IMG/VR virus record: IMGVR_UViG_3300031801_000798
Span: 3,004-67,003 of that record
From: a virus
Reading direction: 5' to 3' (one strand)
DNA: 64,000 nucleotides
Shown: one piece after another, positions 39,090 to 47,721 of the stretch
How positions within the stretch are numbered: the first letter of the stretch is position 1
Layout: every line of letters begins with the position of its first letter
Program-made: the position numbers and the translations under genes
Notes under the pieces: generated by a model
Databases searched by the model: none
Told to the model about the DNA's origin: nothing
Seen by the model: only the letters and a program-made list of their open reading frames with translations

Positions 39090-40016
39090 TTATTTAATCA
39101 GTGTGGGAAATTTAATGCTGTCTTTAGTTAAGAGACTCTTTCCAGATTGCTTCTTTGATGTACCACCTTCAATCTTTAATTCATTAATCTCTTTTAGGGT
39201 GGGCGATTGGACATCATGGTCAATGGCCCATAGAATGCCTTCCCTTCTGGCGTAATCTCGCATCCTGCGAACAGGGACGATAAGATTAAATGTTTCTCCA
39301 GCGCCACGCACAAGCATCCCCATGTATTGACCAGCATCGTCGCCAGACCTCTCACTCAGGAAAACCCCACCACCACTTGAACCGGGGAAGGCCGTCACGG
39401 TTGTCTGATCAAATACTACACCTGCACCTGCACCCAAGTCAAGAACTCTTCCAACTTGAGAGCAAATTCCTCTCGTCATAGAATTCGAGCCAGTTTGGCC
39501 TAGTAATGAGCCTACATGATATAATTCAGTACCAATAGGCACGGGCTTACCTTCAGCCTTAAAGAAGGTGACTGACATGTCAATAAAACCCTTCTTTCTA
39601 ATCATCAGAAGGGCCAAGTCTTCGCCATTTTCAGAATCGCTATACTTGATGACCTTAGCTTCCATTTTCATTTCACCAACCCGACGACCATCTTCTACTA
39701 GCTCCTGAACTATTTGAGCGTCTTTAAATTCAACCAACTTTATAGATTGACCGTCCTTGATGACCGTTCTAACAGATCTAAGGCCATCTACAACATGAGC
39801 AGCAGTCCATACGAAGTTTATCTTTACTGTAGCTGACTTGCCTAATTCGGGGGTAGGAACGGTTCGAGTAAAAATTACTCCAGAACCTTCTCCAAAGCCA
39901 GACTTTACCGTAACAGACACATCTTGAAGATGCTGGTAAAGTCGCTTATCATTCCCTAGCAGGGGAGCGGAGAATATAAGAAGAATAATGATAGAACTCA
40001 AGACTGTTTTTTTCAT
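39090..40016 (-). CDS. exported trypsin-like serine protease
   Basis: signal peptide; GSGV, TAAHV, DLAL, FPGSSGGG catalytic triad motifs. Confidence 0.88.
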   Translation of the reverse strand: MKKTVLSSIIILLIFSAPLLGNDKRLYQHLQDVSVTVKSGFGEGSGVIFTRTVPTPELGKSATVKINFVWTAAHVVDGLRSVRTVIKDGQSIKLVEFKDAQIVQELVEDGRRVGEMKMEAKVIKYSDSENGEDLALLMIRKKGFIDMSVTFFKAEGKPVPIGTELYHVGSLLGQTGSNSMTRGICSQVGRVLDLGAGAGVVFDQTTVTAFPGSSGGGVFLSERSGDDAGQYMGMLVRGAGETFNLIVPVRRMRDYARREGILWAIDHDVQSPTLKEINELKIEGGTSKKQSGKSLLTKDSIKFPTLIK

Positions 40017-40043
40017 CGTTTCCGTCCTTAATGTCGTTCAGAT

Positions 40044-40078
40044 AAATAAAAATGGGGGTTTGTATGACCAGACCCCCC
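40044..40078 (-). terminator. rho-independent terminator
   Basis: GGGGGTCTG-gtcata-CAAACCCCC followed by ATTTTTATTT, downstream of the 40099 stop. Confidence 0.65.
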
Positions 40079-40098
40079 AGAACTGGATTAAACAGTGG

Positions 40099-40896
40099 TT
40101 AGGGGATTACTTCGCCTCCTTGCATTCTGCGCTCTAGTTCTCGCTGTGGCGTATTGCCTTCATTTTCTGCCACGCCGGGGGCTACTGGAACATTAGGAGT
40201 TGCAATTGGACGAAGTTCATCTTCTGTAAATTCACTACCGAGAGCCGGATGCTTAATCCATTCGATGGTAGGAATATGTGATACGTCATAATTTACAAAA
40301 TGGTCTGCTCCGAGGTAGAATGAATTATCCTCATCGAAAACAGAGTGAGCTTCCACTACAGGAATACGGAATAGTTCAACACACATTAGACGATAGGCTT
40401 CACGGAAAAGCTTTTTCATCTCTTTGCCAGTCTGGATACTCCAGTCATTGGCCCAAGTATTTTCAGAAAGCTGAGCCATATCACTCAAGCCCTGAAGACA
40501 AAGCTCGATCCATCGACGACAGTAGTCATTCTTGACATCGAAATATCGAACCGGATAAATCTTGAAAGCTCTACGCTCATGCGTGATGTGATGAGCCTCA
40601 AGTCTTTCCATGTTATCTGGCTTTGTATTTGTGTCAATCAGATTACACAAGCGGACAAACATGTTGTGATGATGCTTGACGGCAGTCAGCGTAGGAGGAC
40701 CGGGAACAAAGCAATCAGTACGCACTGAAAATGCTTGTAGATGCTCACCAATCTTTTCAAACAGGCGAGCAATTGCCATGTTATGGGTTTCCTTGTTGTC
40801 TCCAACATTAGGAATAGCCCACTTTACTCCTTCAAACATGTAGGGGAGAATTGCATCGTGGGTTGGGATAACTAAGCCTTCGTTTACATCTGGCAT
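40099..40896 (-). CDS. hypothetical protein
   Basis: GGAGG RBS before ATG 40896; His clusters HHHN and HHITHE. Confidence 0.75.
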   Translation of the reverse strand: MPDVNEGLVIPTHDAILPYMFEGVKWAIPNVGDNKETHNMAIARLFEKIGEHLQAFSVRTDCFVPGPPTLTAVKHHHNMFVRLCNLIDTNTKPDNMERLEAHHITHERRAFKIYPVRYFDVKNDYCRRWIELCLQGLSDMAQLSENTWANDWSIQTGKEMKKLFREAYRLMCVELFRIPVVEAHSVFDEDNSFYLGADHFVNYDVSHIPTIEWIKHPALGSEFTEDELRPIATPNVPVAPGVAENEGNTPQRELERRMQGGEVIP

Positions 40897-40908
40897 TTTT
40901 GCCTCCAC

Positions 40909-42906
40909 TTATTCTATGTTAAATTTCTGTTTCAGTCTATGACGCAGCAATGTGTCAACTTGTCCCATCGTCATCGTCTGATCATTTTGATATTCGTTGA
41001 TCAATTCTCCGAATACCGTCATGATCTGTTCAGCAGTAGCTTGTTTTCGCGTGCTGAACGGTACGTTCAAAAATTGCGGTGGCAGTCCTTGCATAGCAAC
41101 TGGTTGTTGATGATAAGGTTCACTTACAGGAAATCCATACGGAACAAATCCGGGATTTAATCCCTGCTTGCCAGTCCTACCTTCAATATCCTCCGTGGCT
41201 GTTTGCTGTGGTAGGCTATCTAAGGGCATAACATATTCATTTTCGTGTCGATGTTTGTGAACGTGCTCGTGGACATGTGTGTGAGGACCGTCGTGTTGAC
41301 AACCACCCCCTTCGATTCCTTCGACAGGAGGAGGCATAGATGGTCCTACATTGTTATCATACCCTTCTTCATCATCTTTGTCAATGTTTTTTCCATTTTT
41401 CTTTTTTCGTCTCCTGTTTAAAAGAAAAGGAACTCCGTATTTAAGGGCCAACATACCTAGACTCATCCCTCCAAGTGTAAAGCTAACATTTTCAACGGTG
41501 TTTCCGTTCCCACCAGTAGCTCCATCTAGATAATGCACACCTCCTTCTGTTAGTTCGTTTATGACCTTATCTTTGTCACTTACAAAGTTCAAAAGTTCAT
41601 CGATTCTAGACTTAAGGGTTAGTTTCTGACCCTCAACAGCACCAAGCATATCTTTTAGTCCATTGATTTCATTATTGGCGCCTGAAAGATTCCCATTAAT
41701 TCCAGACAACTCTGCCTTAAGACTTTCGGAAAGACCCTCTAAATTAGTCAGCTTTTCTTGAAGCTCGGTAATCTTGTCAATATACTCCTGTCGTTCCTTC
41801 TCAAAGTCCATAGGGGGGTCTACGGGGCCACCACCGGGGTCTGGTCTACCGGGCCAGCCGTTCCACCCGTCACTACCTCCTCCACCGTCTGGCGGATTGA
41901 GAGGAGGGTTGGGATTCGGAGGGCTATCACCCCAAGGGCACCAAGGAAACAAGCCGTTATCATCATATAGTTCGCCAACTCTTATGCCTCCATAGTATTT
42001 AGCAGTATCCGTAACGCTGCCGTCTGGAAGCTTAAGCTCAGGACAAAACATAAACTCTCCCTTAACGGTTTTTCTAAGACCTCCTTTATAGGGAATGACG
42101 ATATGGTCTTCAATTTTATGCCCACACTGTGGACAGATCTTATTAAGACGTTCTGGTTTACTGGACTTAGTCTCTTTATCGACAACAATGCTATAAGAAG
42201 CTTCTATGGGGTGGCCTTGGCCGTTACCCTCCATTATTTCATAGATCTGCCTTAGAGATAAGCCAGCACCATAGTCATCTGGCCCATCATCTGTCCATGC
42301 CCCATCCCCTATTCTCCAAGCGAGAAGAATACCGAGACGAGTATGAAGTTCTCCTTTATCATCCTTGATAAGAACTAGAACGCCACTTCCAGACTGACCA
42401 CCAATGGGGGCAGCATTGAAACTGATAACAGCACCTGCATTTCTAAGAACCCTGCCCTTCCATGCGGTAGCCCATTGAGCAGAAGGACATCCGCCAGCCA
42501 TAACGAGATCATTCGCCCCAATTTTCGTACCTTTGGGAGCTAGGGGAATTACTCTCGGGGGATACCGGCCAAAATATTTCTTTTTTACTGAGACTATGGC
42601 TAAGTCAAGGGCAGTGCCTTCTTCGTAAGCCACATATTCAGTTTTAAAAGGAATCATTGCGGATTTGTAACCGTCTTGGAAAAATTCCAAGTGACCTCTT
42701 TTGGATCTGTCTATTACATGACCGTTGGTCAAAACATAGTATTTTTCATCATCTTGGTCAAAAACCGTGCCAGAACCTCTGGCTCCATCTGTATTAACCC
42801 TACATACTCCTTCCAAAGCCTCGTCCATCGTAAGCGGCTGAGCAAATCCCAAAGGTGGGAAGCATAAAACCAGCCCCAAAACTAAAGCTTGTATTAGTTT
42901 TTTCAT
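40909..42906 (-). CDS. membrane-anchored trypsin-like serine protease
   Basis: signal peptide, TNGHV/DLAI/GQSGS triad, CPQC region, Pro/Gly linker, coiled coil, TM followed by RRRKKK, His-rich tail. Confidence 0.82.
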   Translation of the reverse strand: MKKLIQALVLGLVLCFPPLGFAQPLTMDEALEGVCRVNTDGARGSGTVFDQDDEKYYVLTNGHVIDRSKRGHLEFFQDGYKSAMIPFKTEYVAYEEGTALDLAIVSVKKKYFGRYPPRVIPLAPKGTKIGANDLVMAGGCPSAQWATAWKGRVLRNAGAVISFNAAPIGGQSGSGVLVLIKDDKGELHTRLGILLAWRIGDGAWTDDGPDDYGAGLSLRQIYEIMEGNGQGHPIEASYSIVVDKETKSSKPERLNKICPQCGHKIEDHIVIPYKGGLRKTVKGEFMFCPELKLPDGSVTDTAKYYGGIRVGELYDDNGLFPWCPWGDSPPNPNPPLNPPDGGGGSDGWNGWPGRPDPGGGPVDPPMDFEKERQEYIDKITELQEKLTNLEGLSESLKAELSGINGNLSGANNEINGLKDMLGAVEGQKLTLKSRIDELLNFVSDKDKVINELTEGGVHYLDGATGGNGNTVENVSFTLGGMSLGMLALKYGVPFLLNRRRKKKNGKNIDKDDEEGYDNNVGPSMPPPVEGIEGGGCQHDGPHTHVHEHVHKHRHENEYVMPLDSLPQQTATEDIEGRTGKQGLNPGFVPYGFPVSEPYHQQPVAMQGLPPQFLNVPFSTRKQATAEQIMTVFGELINEYQNDQTMTMGQVDTLLRHRLKQKFNIE

Positions 42907-42908
42907 GG

Positions 42909-43562
42909 CTACCAGTCCTTACTTATGGTGAATTGATATCTAAAAAGTGCAGATCTAGCTAAGTCGGCGGGCATAACAGCCGAATCCGCTAGGTATGGTA
43001 CAGGATCAATGAAAGCTTGACGAAACGCATAGGCCACGGCAGTACTGCACACGAATACATTCATGGGATCATCGTCTTTAATATTTTGTTCTGCTAATCT
43101 GGCAAAGGGAATATAGTGTTTCGCCAGCTTCCAAATATTCTTCCACCCATAGGGGAGGCCGGTAAGTTTTATCATAACATCCGTTATCTCTTTTGCCTTC
43201 TCGGGTGTCAATAGTTGTTTGTTGTTTTCCTCTTTATATATGACACTTACTGATCTTTGCTCTTCATTGCTAGGCCATGCAGAGAAAGTATTGTATGTTA
43301 ACTTAGAGACAGGGCGAAATATATCAATATTATCTGGATGTGTTTCAACCTGACGCTTTAAAGAAGTGGACCTTCCACCTTTAAACTCTCTAAATTCTAA
43401 GCACTGCAAATTGTCATCATCCCAGTGAGCCATGCCAGCATGACTGTGAACCCCGCCGCCATATCGCTTGATTAACCAACTAGATAGTCCCTTACCACGA
43501 AATAGTAGGGCGTCTGCTTCTTTGATGTATTGCTCGGCTTCATGGTAAGGGACTAAGATCAT
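42909..43562 (-). CDS. permuted papain-like NlpC/P60 amidase (YiiX/YaeF family)
   Basis: DALLFR, HSHAGM (His first), GLPYG, FVCSTAV (Cys second), PADL. Confidence 0.8.
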   Translation of the reverse strand: MILVPYHEAEQYIKEADALLFRGKGLSSWLIKRYGGGVHSHAGMAHWDDDNLQCLEFREFKGGRSTSLKRQVETHPDNIDIFRPVSKLTYNTFSAWPSNEEQRSVSVIYKEENNKQLLTPEKAKEITDVMIKLTGLPYGWKNIWKLAKHYIPFARLAEQNIKDDDPMNVFVCSTAVAYAFRQAFIDPVPYLADSAVMPADLARSALFRYQFTISKDW

Positions 43563-43563
43563 A

Positions 43564-43884
43564 TTATTTTTCCTCTAGCTTTTTGTCTATTCTATCTAGA
43601 ATATCAGCGATTCTTCGCTGGTCATTTACGATTTGTATCATCACTTGTTGCATATCTTTTTGGGTTTCCGCCCAACTCCTAGGCACGTAAACTAAGGGGG
43701 TTCCATCGGAATCTTGCCGGGATATTACCTTGTAAGTATGCTGCATCCAGTCTCTTTCATCGTCCATCAAAACGGATTTTTGTGGAACCGCTTTTAAAAT
43801 GAGAACCTCAATAACCTTCCCCAGTCCTATAACTATTGCAACAATTGCGGCTAAAACAGGAACTGAAAGGATATCTGAATCCAT
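43564..43884 (-). CDS. single-TM protein with C-terminal coiled coil
   Basis: N-terminal hydrophobic helix; holin-like architecture possible. Confidence 0.55.
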   Translation of the reverse strand: MDSDILSVPVLAAIVAIVIGLGKVIEVLILKAVPQKSVLMDDERDWMQHTYKVISRQDSDGTPLVYVPRSWAETQKDMQQVMIQIVNDQRRIADILDRIDKKLEEK

Positions 43885-43901
43885 TTGTTACCTCTTTCTT
43901 C

Positions 43902-43940
43902 AAAGAAAAAAGGAAGGGACTGAAAAGCAGTCCCCTCCCT
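43902..43940 (-). terminator. rho-independent terminator
   Basis: GGAGGGGACTG-ctttt-CAGTCCCTTCC followed by TTTTTTCTTT. Confidence 0.85.
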
Positions 43941-43956
43941 GCGACTGCAATAAAAA

Positions 43957-44628
43957 TTAACCGCCTGTAATAGCGCTGTAATCTTTAAAGTTACCACCAC
44001 TAGAGGATCGATCAGTAAAGTCAATCAACCATACCAACTCACCGGGAACTGCCCTACTTGGACGGTTCTCTAGAGGAGCAGTATTGTTTTTAGCAGAAAG
44101 GCTACGGAATGTAGTCGAATCACCTCTGTTGAGAAGAGTAGACTTAGCGGCTCCGTCAGCAGCAAGTAAACCATGGTTATCGGTAGAAGCCGCAGTAGGA
44201 TTGCGGAACAGGTTGAAGATCTTGTCTGACCACAGACCCCTCTGACGATGGATTTCTGAGTGGAAGTTAACCGCTCTACGACCAAATCCACTACCAACAA
44301 CCTGAAGAACGCTGTTAGAAACGTTATTGATCTTAGTCGAAACACCTCTAATCAGAAAACCGGGAGCAGCAGCGGTTCTATCAGATCTCTTGGGGAAGTA
44401 ACCAACCTGACCACTACCCTTTGTAGAAGTAAGGCCAACTTGATGACTGCTGTCGTCAGTATTCACGACGATCTTTGAGCCATACTCGTCTGCACCCTTT
44501 ACTATGTCTAAGATGCTCTTGTTGGTCCATCTACCACTAGCAATATTGCCAGCGTGCATAATGACACCACCGTCATTATCTTTGCCACCTGAACCTGTTG
44601 CAGTACCCACATGTGTGCTAAGCGTCAT
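43957..44628 (-). CDS. hypothetical Gly/Ser/Thr-rich protein, possible virion protein
   Basis: monocistronic: candidate promoter motif upstream and strong terminator downstream. Confidence 0.6.
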   Translation of the reverse strand: MTLSTHVGTATGSGGKDNDGGVIMHAGNIASGRWTNKSILDIVKGADEYGSKIVVNTDDSSHQVGLTSTKGSGQVGYFPKRSDRTAAAPGFLIRGVSTKINNVSNSVLQVVGSGFGRRAVNFHSEIHRQRGLWSDKIFNLFRNPTAASTDNHGLLAADGAAKSTLLNRGDSTTFRSLSAKNNTAPLENRPSRAVPGELVWLIDFTDRSSSGGNFKDYSAITGG

Positions 44629-44695
44629 AAAAAACCCCTTTATGTAAGGCTTTTCTTGTTCCCTCTTGTCCCGTTTTTAAGATCCGATTCCAATA

Positions 44696-44705
44696 TATTA
44701 TACAC
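44696..44705 (-). promoter_or_regulatory. candidate phage promoter motif GTGTATAATA
   Basis: same 10-mer as 34946..34955; intergenic, about 70 nt upstream of ATG 44628. Confidence 0.5.
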
Positions 44706-44709
44706 CAAT

Positions 44710-45192
44710 TTAGTAGATGTCTTTCAGCTTTTCTAATGCTCGAAGTATGTATCTTCTGGCTGTTTCTCTGCTATAATCGTTTCTCTCCGCAATTTCTTCC
44801 ATTGTAAGGCGCTCAAAAAATCGCTGATATATTACCTCTCTTAGAGAGGGGTGTAATTTCTGAATGACATCCTCTATCTCCAAATCACTTTGATCATTAG
44901 CAAAATGAAGAGCTTCGTTATATTTTTTCTGCCTCTTTCTTTTATTGATATCGTAAAGTTGCTTTTTGCATTCCCAGTCAATTCTATTGTACAGAAACGA
45001 CGTAAATTTTTGACCCTTTTCAGGATCATATGCCTTAAGGGCTTCCCATAGGGCGACTAATTTACAGCGATGCAGTTCATCTCCGGGGATTATCTTAAAG
45101 TATCTAGAGCAAACCTTGTTAATGATCCTTATGTTGTTTATATCTTTCCAAGCTAAGTCAAATTCCTCATCTCCTACAATCCTAGTGTTCAC
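44710..45192 (-). CDS. phage sigma-70 family RNA polymerase sigma factor 2
   Basis: ALWEALKAYDPEKGQKFTSFL (region 2), LTMEEIAERNDYSRETAR (region 4). Confidence 0.85.
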   Translation of the reverse strand: MNTRIVGDEEFDLAWKDINNIRIINKVCSRYFKIIPGDELHRCKLVALWEALKAYDPEKGQKFTSFLYNRIDWECKKQLYDINKRKRQKKYNEALHFANDQSDLEIEDVIQKLHPSLREVIYQRFFERLTMEEIAERNDYSRETARRYILRALEKLKDIY

Positions 45193-45204
45193 TTTTCCTC
45201 CTGA

Positions 45205-45816
45205 CTAATCTTCAGTATTTGGCTGGAAAATTTTACCCCCGTGTTCCCTCTTTAGTCTTCCATACGACATCACTTTTGTTAGATGGTCATGATCGTCTTC
45301 CTCATTTGTGCTGGAATATTCAATTTCTCCAGTGTGGGATACAAAAATGGCCCAATATTTATCTTGAGAGATAATTTCTTTAATTACGTTAACAGTCTCT
45401 TCGGTTTCTTCGTTTATTTGAAATGACAAGGAGCCGGTATCGTACAAATCTTTCTCTATTTTAGCCCTGACATCTTTAAACTTAAATAGTTTTCCGACAC
45501 CAAGAAAAAATCTATACCTACTCAAAATAGCTAATAATTCTACGCCCTCCACTGATTCTATCTTGGATTGTACTGAAGTAGTTATATCAAAATTAGTATA
45601 TCCTGTCCAGCAATCGAACTGTTTTACCGGATTCATTTTATCATGAAGCTGATAGATTCCCATAGGAGTTGATATCAGCTTGGGAATTTTTTGCATCAGT
45701 TTTAAAGCTTCATCCATCATTTCCTCATCGTCTTCTTGCAAATCAATACCTTCTAGAATTTCTTCCTCTATCAAATCTGTGTCCCACTTTTCCCATGCTA
45801 TCTTTTTCTTGGACAT
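45205..45816 (-). CDS. hypothetical protein
   Basis: 203-aa ORF. Confidence 0.75.
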   Translation of the reverse strand: MSKKKIAWEKWDTDLIEEEILEGIDLQEDDEEMMDEALKLMQKIPKLISTPMGIYQLHDKMNPVKQFDCWTGYTNFDITTSVQSKIESVEGVELLAILSRYRFFLGVGKLFKFKDVRAKIEKDLYDTGSLSFQINEETEETVNVIKEIISQDKYWAIFVSHTGEIEYSSTNEEDDHDHLTKVMSYGRLKREHGGKIFQPNTED

Positions 45817-45852
45817 ATCTATACCTTTCAGATAGAATCTGGGATAGTACTG

Positions 45853-46242
45853 TTATTCATCACCACGCATCTTTTTAGCAATTTCTGTGGGTTTTACAAC
45901 TATTTCATCGGATTTTAGTTCGTCTTCTGCGAAAATCGATGATTGCATATCAGCAATTTGTTCCAGTGTTGTCATATGCTTAAAAATTTCCCAAAAGTAG
46001 GATTCCATGTCCGCTTCCGTACACTCGTCTTTAAGGAAAGTTAAAGTCTCTTCAACCAAGTGACCGTGCATGACTCTATAGGCCAAATCAGCAAAAATAA
46101 TATGACTGCCGGTGTTTTCGTCCCAAGAGCAGTCCACCCATACAGTTCCATCCTCATCTACCTCAAAATGAAGAGACGCAGCATACTGTTTGTCCTCTTT
46201 TTTTGAGGGCCATAATTTTTTCAAGAAGCTAGGAATTTTCAT
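45853..46242 (-). CDS. hypothetical protein
   Basis: 129-aa acidic ORF. Confidence 0.7.
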   Translation of the reverse strand: MKIPSFLKKLWPSKKEDKQYAASLHFEVDEDGTVWVDCSWDENTGSHIIFADLAYRVMHGHLVEETLTFLKDECTEADMESYFWEIFKHMTTLEQIADMQSSIFAEDELKSDEIVVKPTEIAKKMRGDE

Positions 46243-46247
46243 GTCGT

Positions 46248-46421
46248 TTATGCAGATCGTAGACTGTCACCAACGATCCAAGCACCGCCAATCAGAACTA
46301 CGTGGTTTACTTGTTCTGCTGAAATAGGCAACCCTAGTCCGTCAAAAAGGACAAAAATTACGCCACCTACAGCAACCCAGAATCTACGAGAACCGAACAA
46401 ATTTTGAATTTTACTCATCAT
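46248..46421 (-). CDS. small two-TM holin-like protein (57 aa), not in ORF track
   Basis: MMSKIQNLFGSRRFWVAVGGVIFVLFDGLGLPISAEQVNHVVLIGGAWIVGDSLRSA; GAGGAG RBS. Confidence 0.65.
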   Translation of the reverse strand: MMSKIQNLFGSRRFWVAVGGVIFVLFDGLGLPISAEQVNHVVLIGGAWIVGDSLRSA

Positions 46422-46483
46422 GACTTATTCTCCTCAGTATAAAAAAGTAGTAAAAACAGCGAGCAACACCAACTGATGCTGGG

Positions 46484-46678
46484 CTATTCAACCTTTGGTT
46501 CGCAGCAGGGACAATTATCGTCAGTACATGCCTCGACACAATCACATGGGTCACAACAAGTTACACATTGACACACCTTGGCGTCTGAAAAACTAAGCAA
46601 CGGACAAAAATGAAGTGACCAGCCAAGGCCCATGCCCAACAGAAAACAGAGCCAGTGATTCTTAAATAGATCTAACAT
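46484..46678 (-). CDS. small membrane-anchored Cys-rich (metallothionein-like) protein
   Basis: hydrophobic N-terminus then CQCVTCCDPCDCVEACTDDNCPCC. Confidence 0.55.
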   Translation of the reverse strand: MLDLFKNHWLCFLLGMGLGWSLHFCPLLSFSDAKVCQCVTCCDPCDCVEACTDDNCPCCEPKVE

Positions 46679-47501
46679 TAGTAATCTCCTCTTTAAATTT
46701 AAGTTGAATTTCTTGATGACATCCCCGCACTGTGGAAAAATCCATATCTTTCAAACTCGGGGAATTACCGCTCAGATAAAAACTGTTCAATTCTTCAAGA
46801 CTGACGCCAAATTTTTGGCCCGACTTATTTTCAGACGAACCTACTAAATTCAATGGAGTATTTACCAGCACGCTTTTCTTGAGTGACGACATGTTTTCTG
46901 AAAAATCAGAAATATGCGGCAGCGCCCTGCCTTCTAGGGCATTCGGTGTGTCAAAAGTGTAGTTGGAAAGAACATTCAGCACTAAATCTTTAGCAAGAAT
47001 ATGTCCGTCAACTGAAAATGGATAAGCGAAATTGGTGTAAGGTGGCAAGGATCTCCAATTCCAAACCAAATACGTATCATTAATTAAAGTTGCTTTCTCA
47101 GGCAGCACACAGGGCCTGTCTAAATACTCGTTCTGTATAATTGTGTTGGCTCCAAGTCTTAATGACAAGCAAAAAATGTCTTCTTTGTCAAAAAGTTCTG
47201 TTATACTGTCATGATCGACTTCTATCTCCTTGTACAAGATGTTATCATCCACGAAAAAACAGACTAGATCACCTCCCTTCTTAACAAGGTTAATGGTGTC
47301 TTCTTGAAAGTCCGACTCTTCTGTCCAGATTAGGGAAGGATATTTCTTTGACAGTTTTTCATATCCAGTCTTAAACCTATCGTCAGAGTAGTCGTACAGA
47401 ATATTTATGTCAAATATCCCCCCATCATTCTCGATTAGACTAGTCAATAGAAAATCTAATTGACAAGCTCTGTCTTTCGAAAAAATGATTGTTGAAATCA
47501 C
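46662..47501 (-). CDS. putative glycosyltransferase, paralog family A copy 3
   Basis: FSKDRACQL, FVDDN, LSLRLG, FAYPFSVDGH. Confidence 0.55.
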   Translation of the reverse strand: MISTIIFSKDRACQLDFLLTSLIENDGGIFDINILYDYSDDRFKTGYEKLSKKYPSLIWTEESDFQEDTINLVKKGGDLVCFFVDDNILYKEIEVDHDSITELFDKEDIFCLSLRLGANTIIQNEYLDRPCVLPEKATLINDTYLVWNWRSLPPYTNFAYPFSVDGHILAKDLVLNVLSNYTFDTPNALEGRALPHISDFSENMSSLKKSVLVNTPLNLVGSSENKSGQKFGVSLEELNSFYLSGNSPSLKDMDFSTVRGCHQEIQLKFKEEITNVRSI

Positions 47502-47523
47502 GTTTGCTTCCTTGTTTTTTGGA

Positions 47524-47721
47524 TCAATGGACGCCAGACGCTGATGGGGCGTTAAAATTTTCTTGTTGCTTTACAAGCCCCTCTAAATCCTTGATAAGTC
47601 TTTCTTCTTTGTGCTGGATAAGATCCAGCCTTTTTTCAATCCTCTTGAGATTTTTTATAAGTCCTTTTCTTTCCTCATTTATATTGTCAAGCCATTTGTA
47701 CGTATTTTTAAGGCTCCTCAT
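47524..47721 (-). CDS. hypothetical coiled-coil protein
   Basis: TAATG overlap with the upstream gene. Confidence 0.55.
   Translation of the reverse strand: MRSLKNTYKWLDNINEERKGLIKNLKRIEKRLDLIQHKEERLIKDLEGLVKQQENFNAPSASGVH

Noticed and set aside
46441-46483. Hairpin with T runs between the Cys-rich ORF and the holin-like ORF
   Set aside because: The stem relies on several G-U pairs and is offset from the T tract, too weak to call a terminator.
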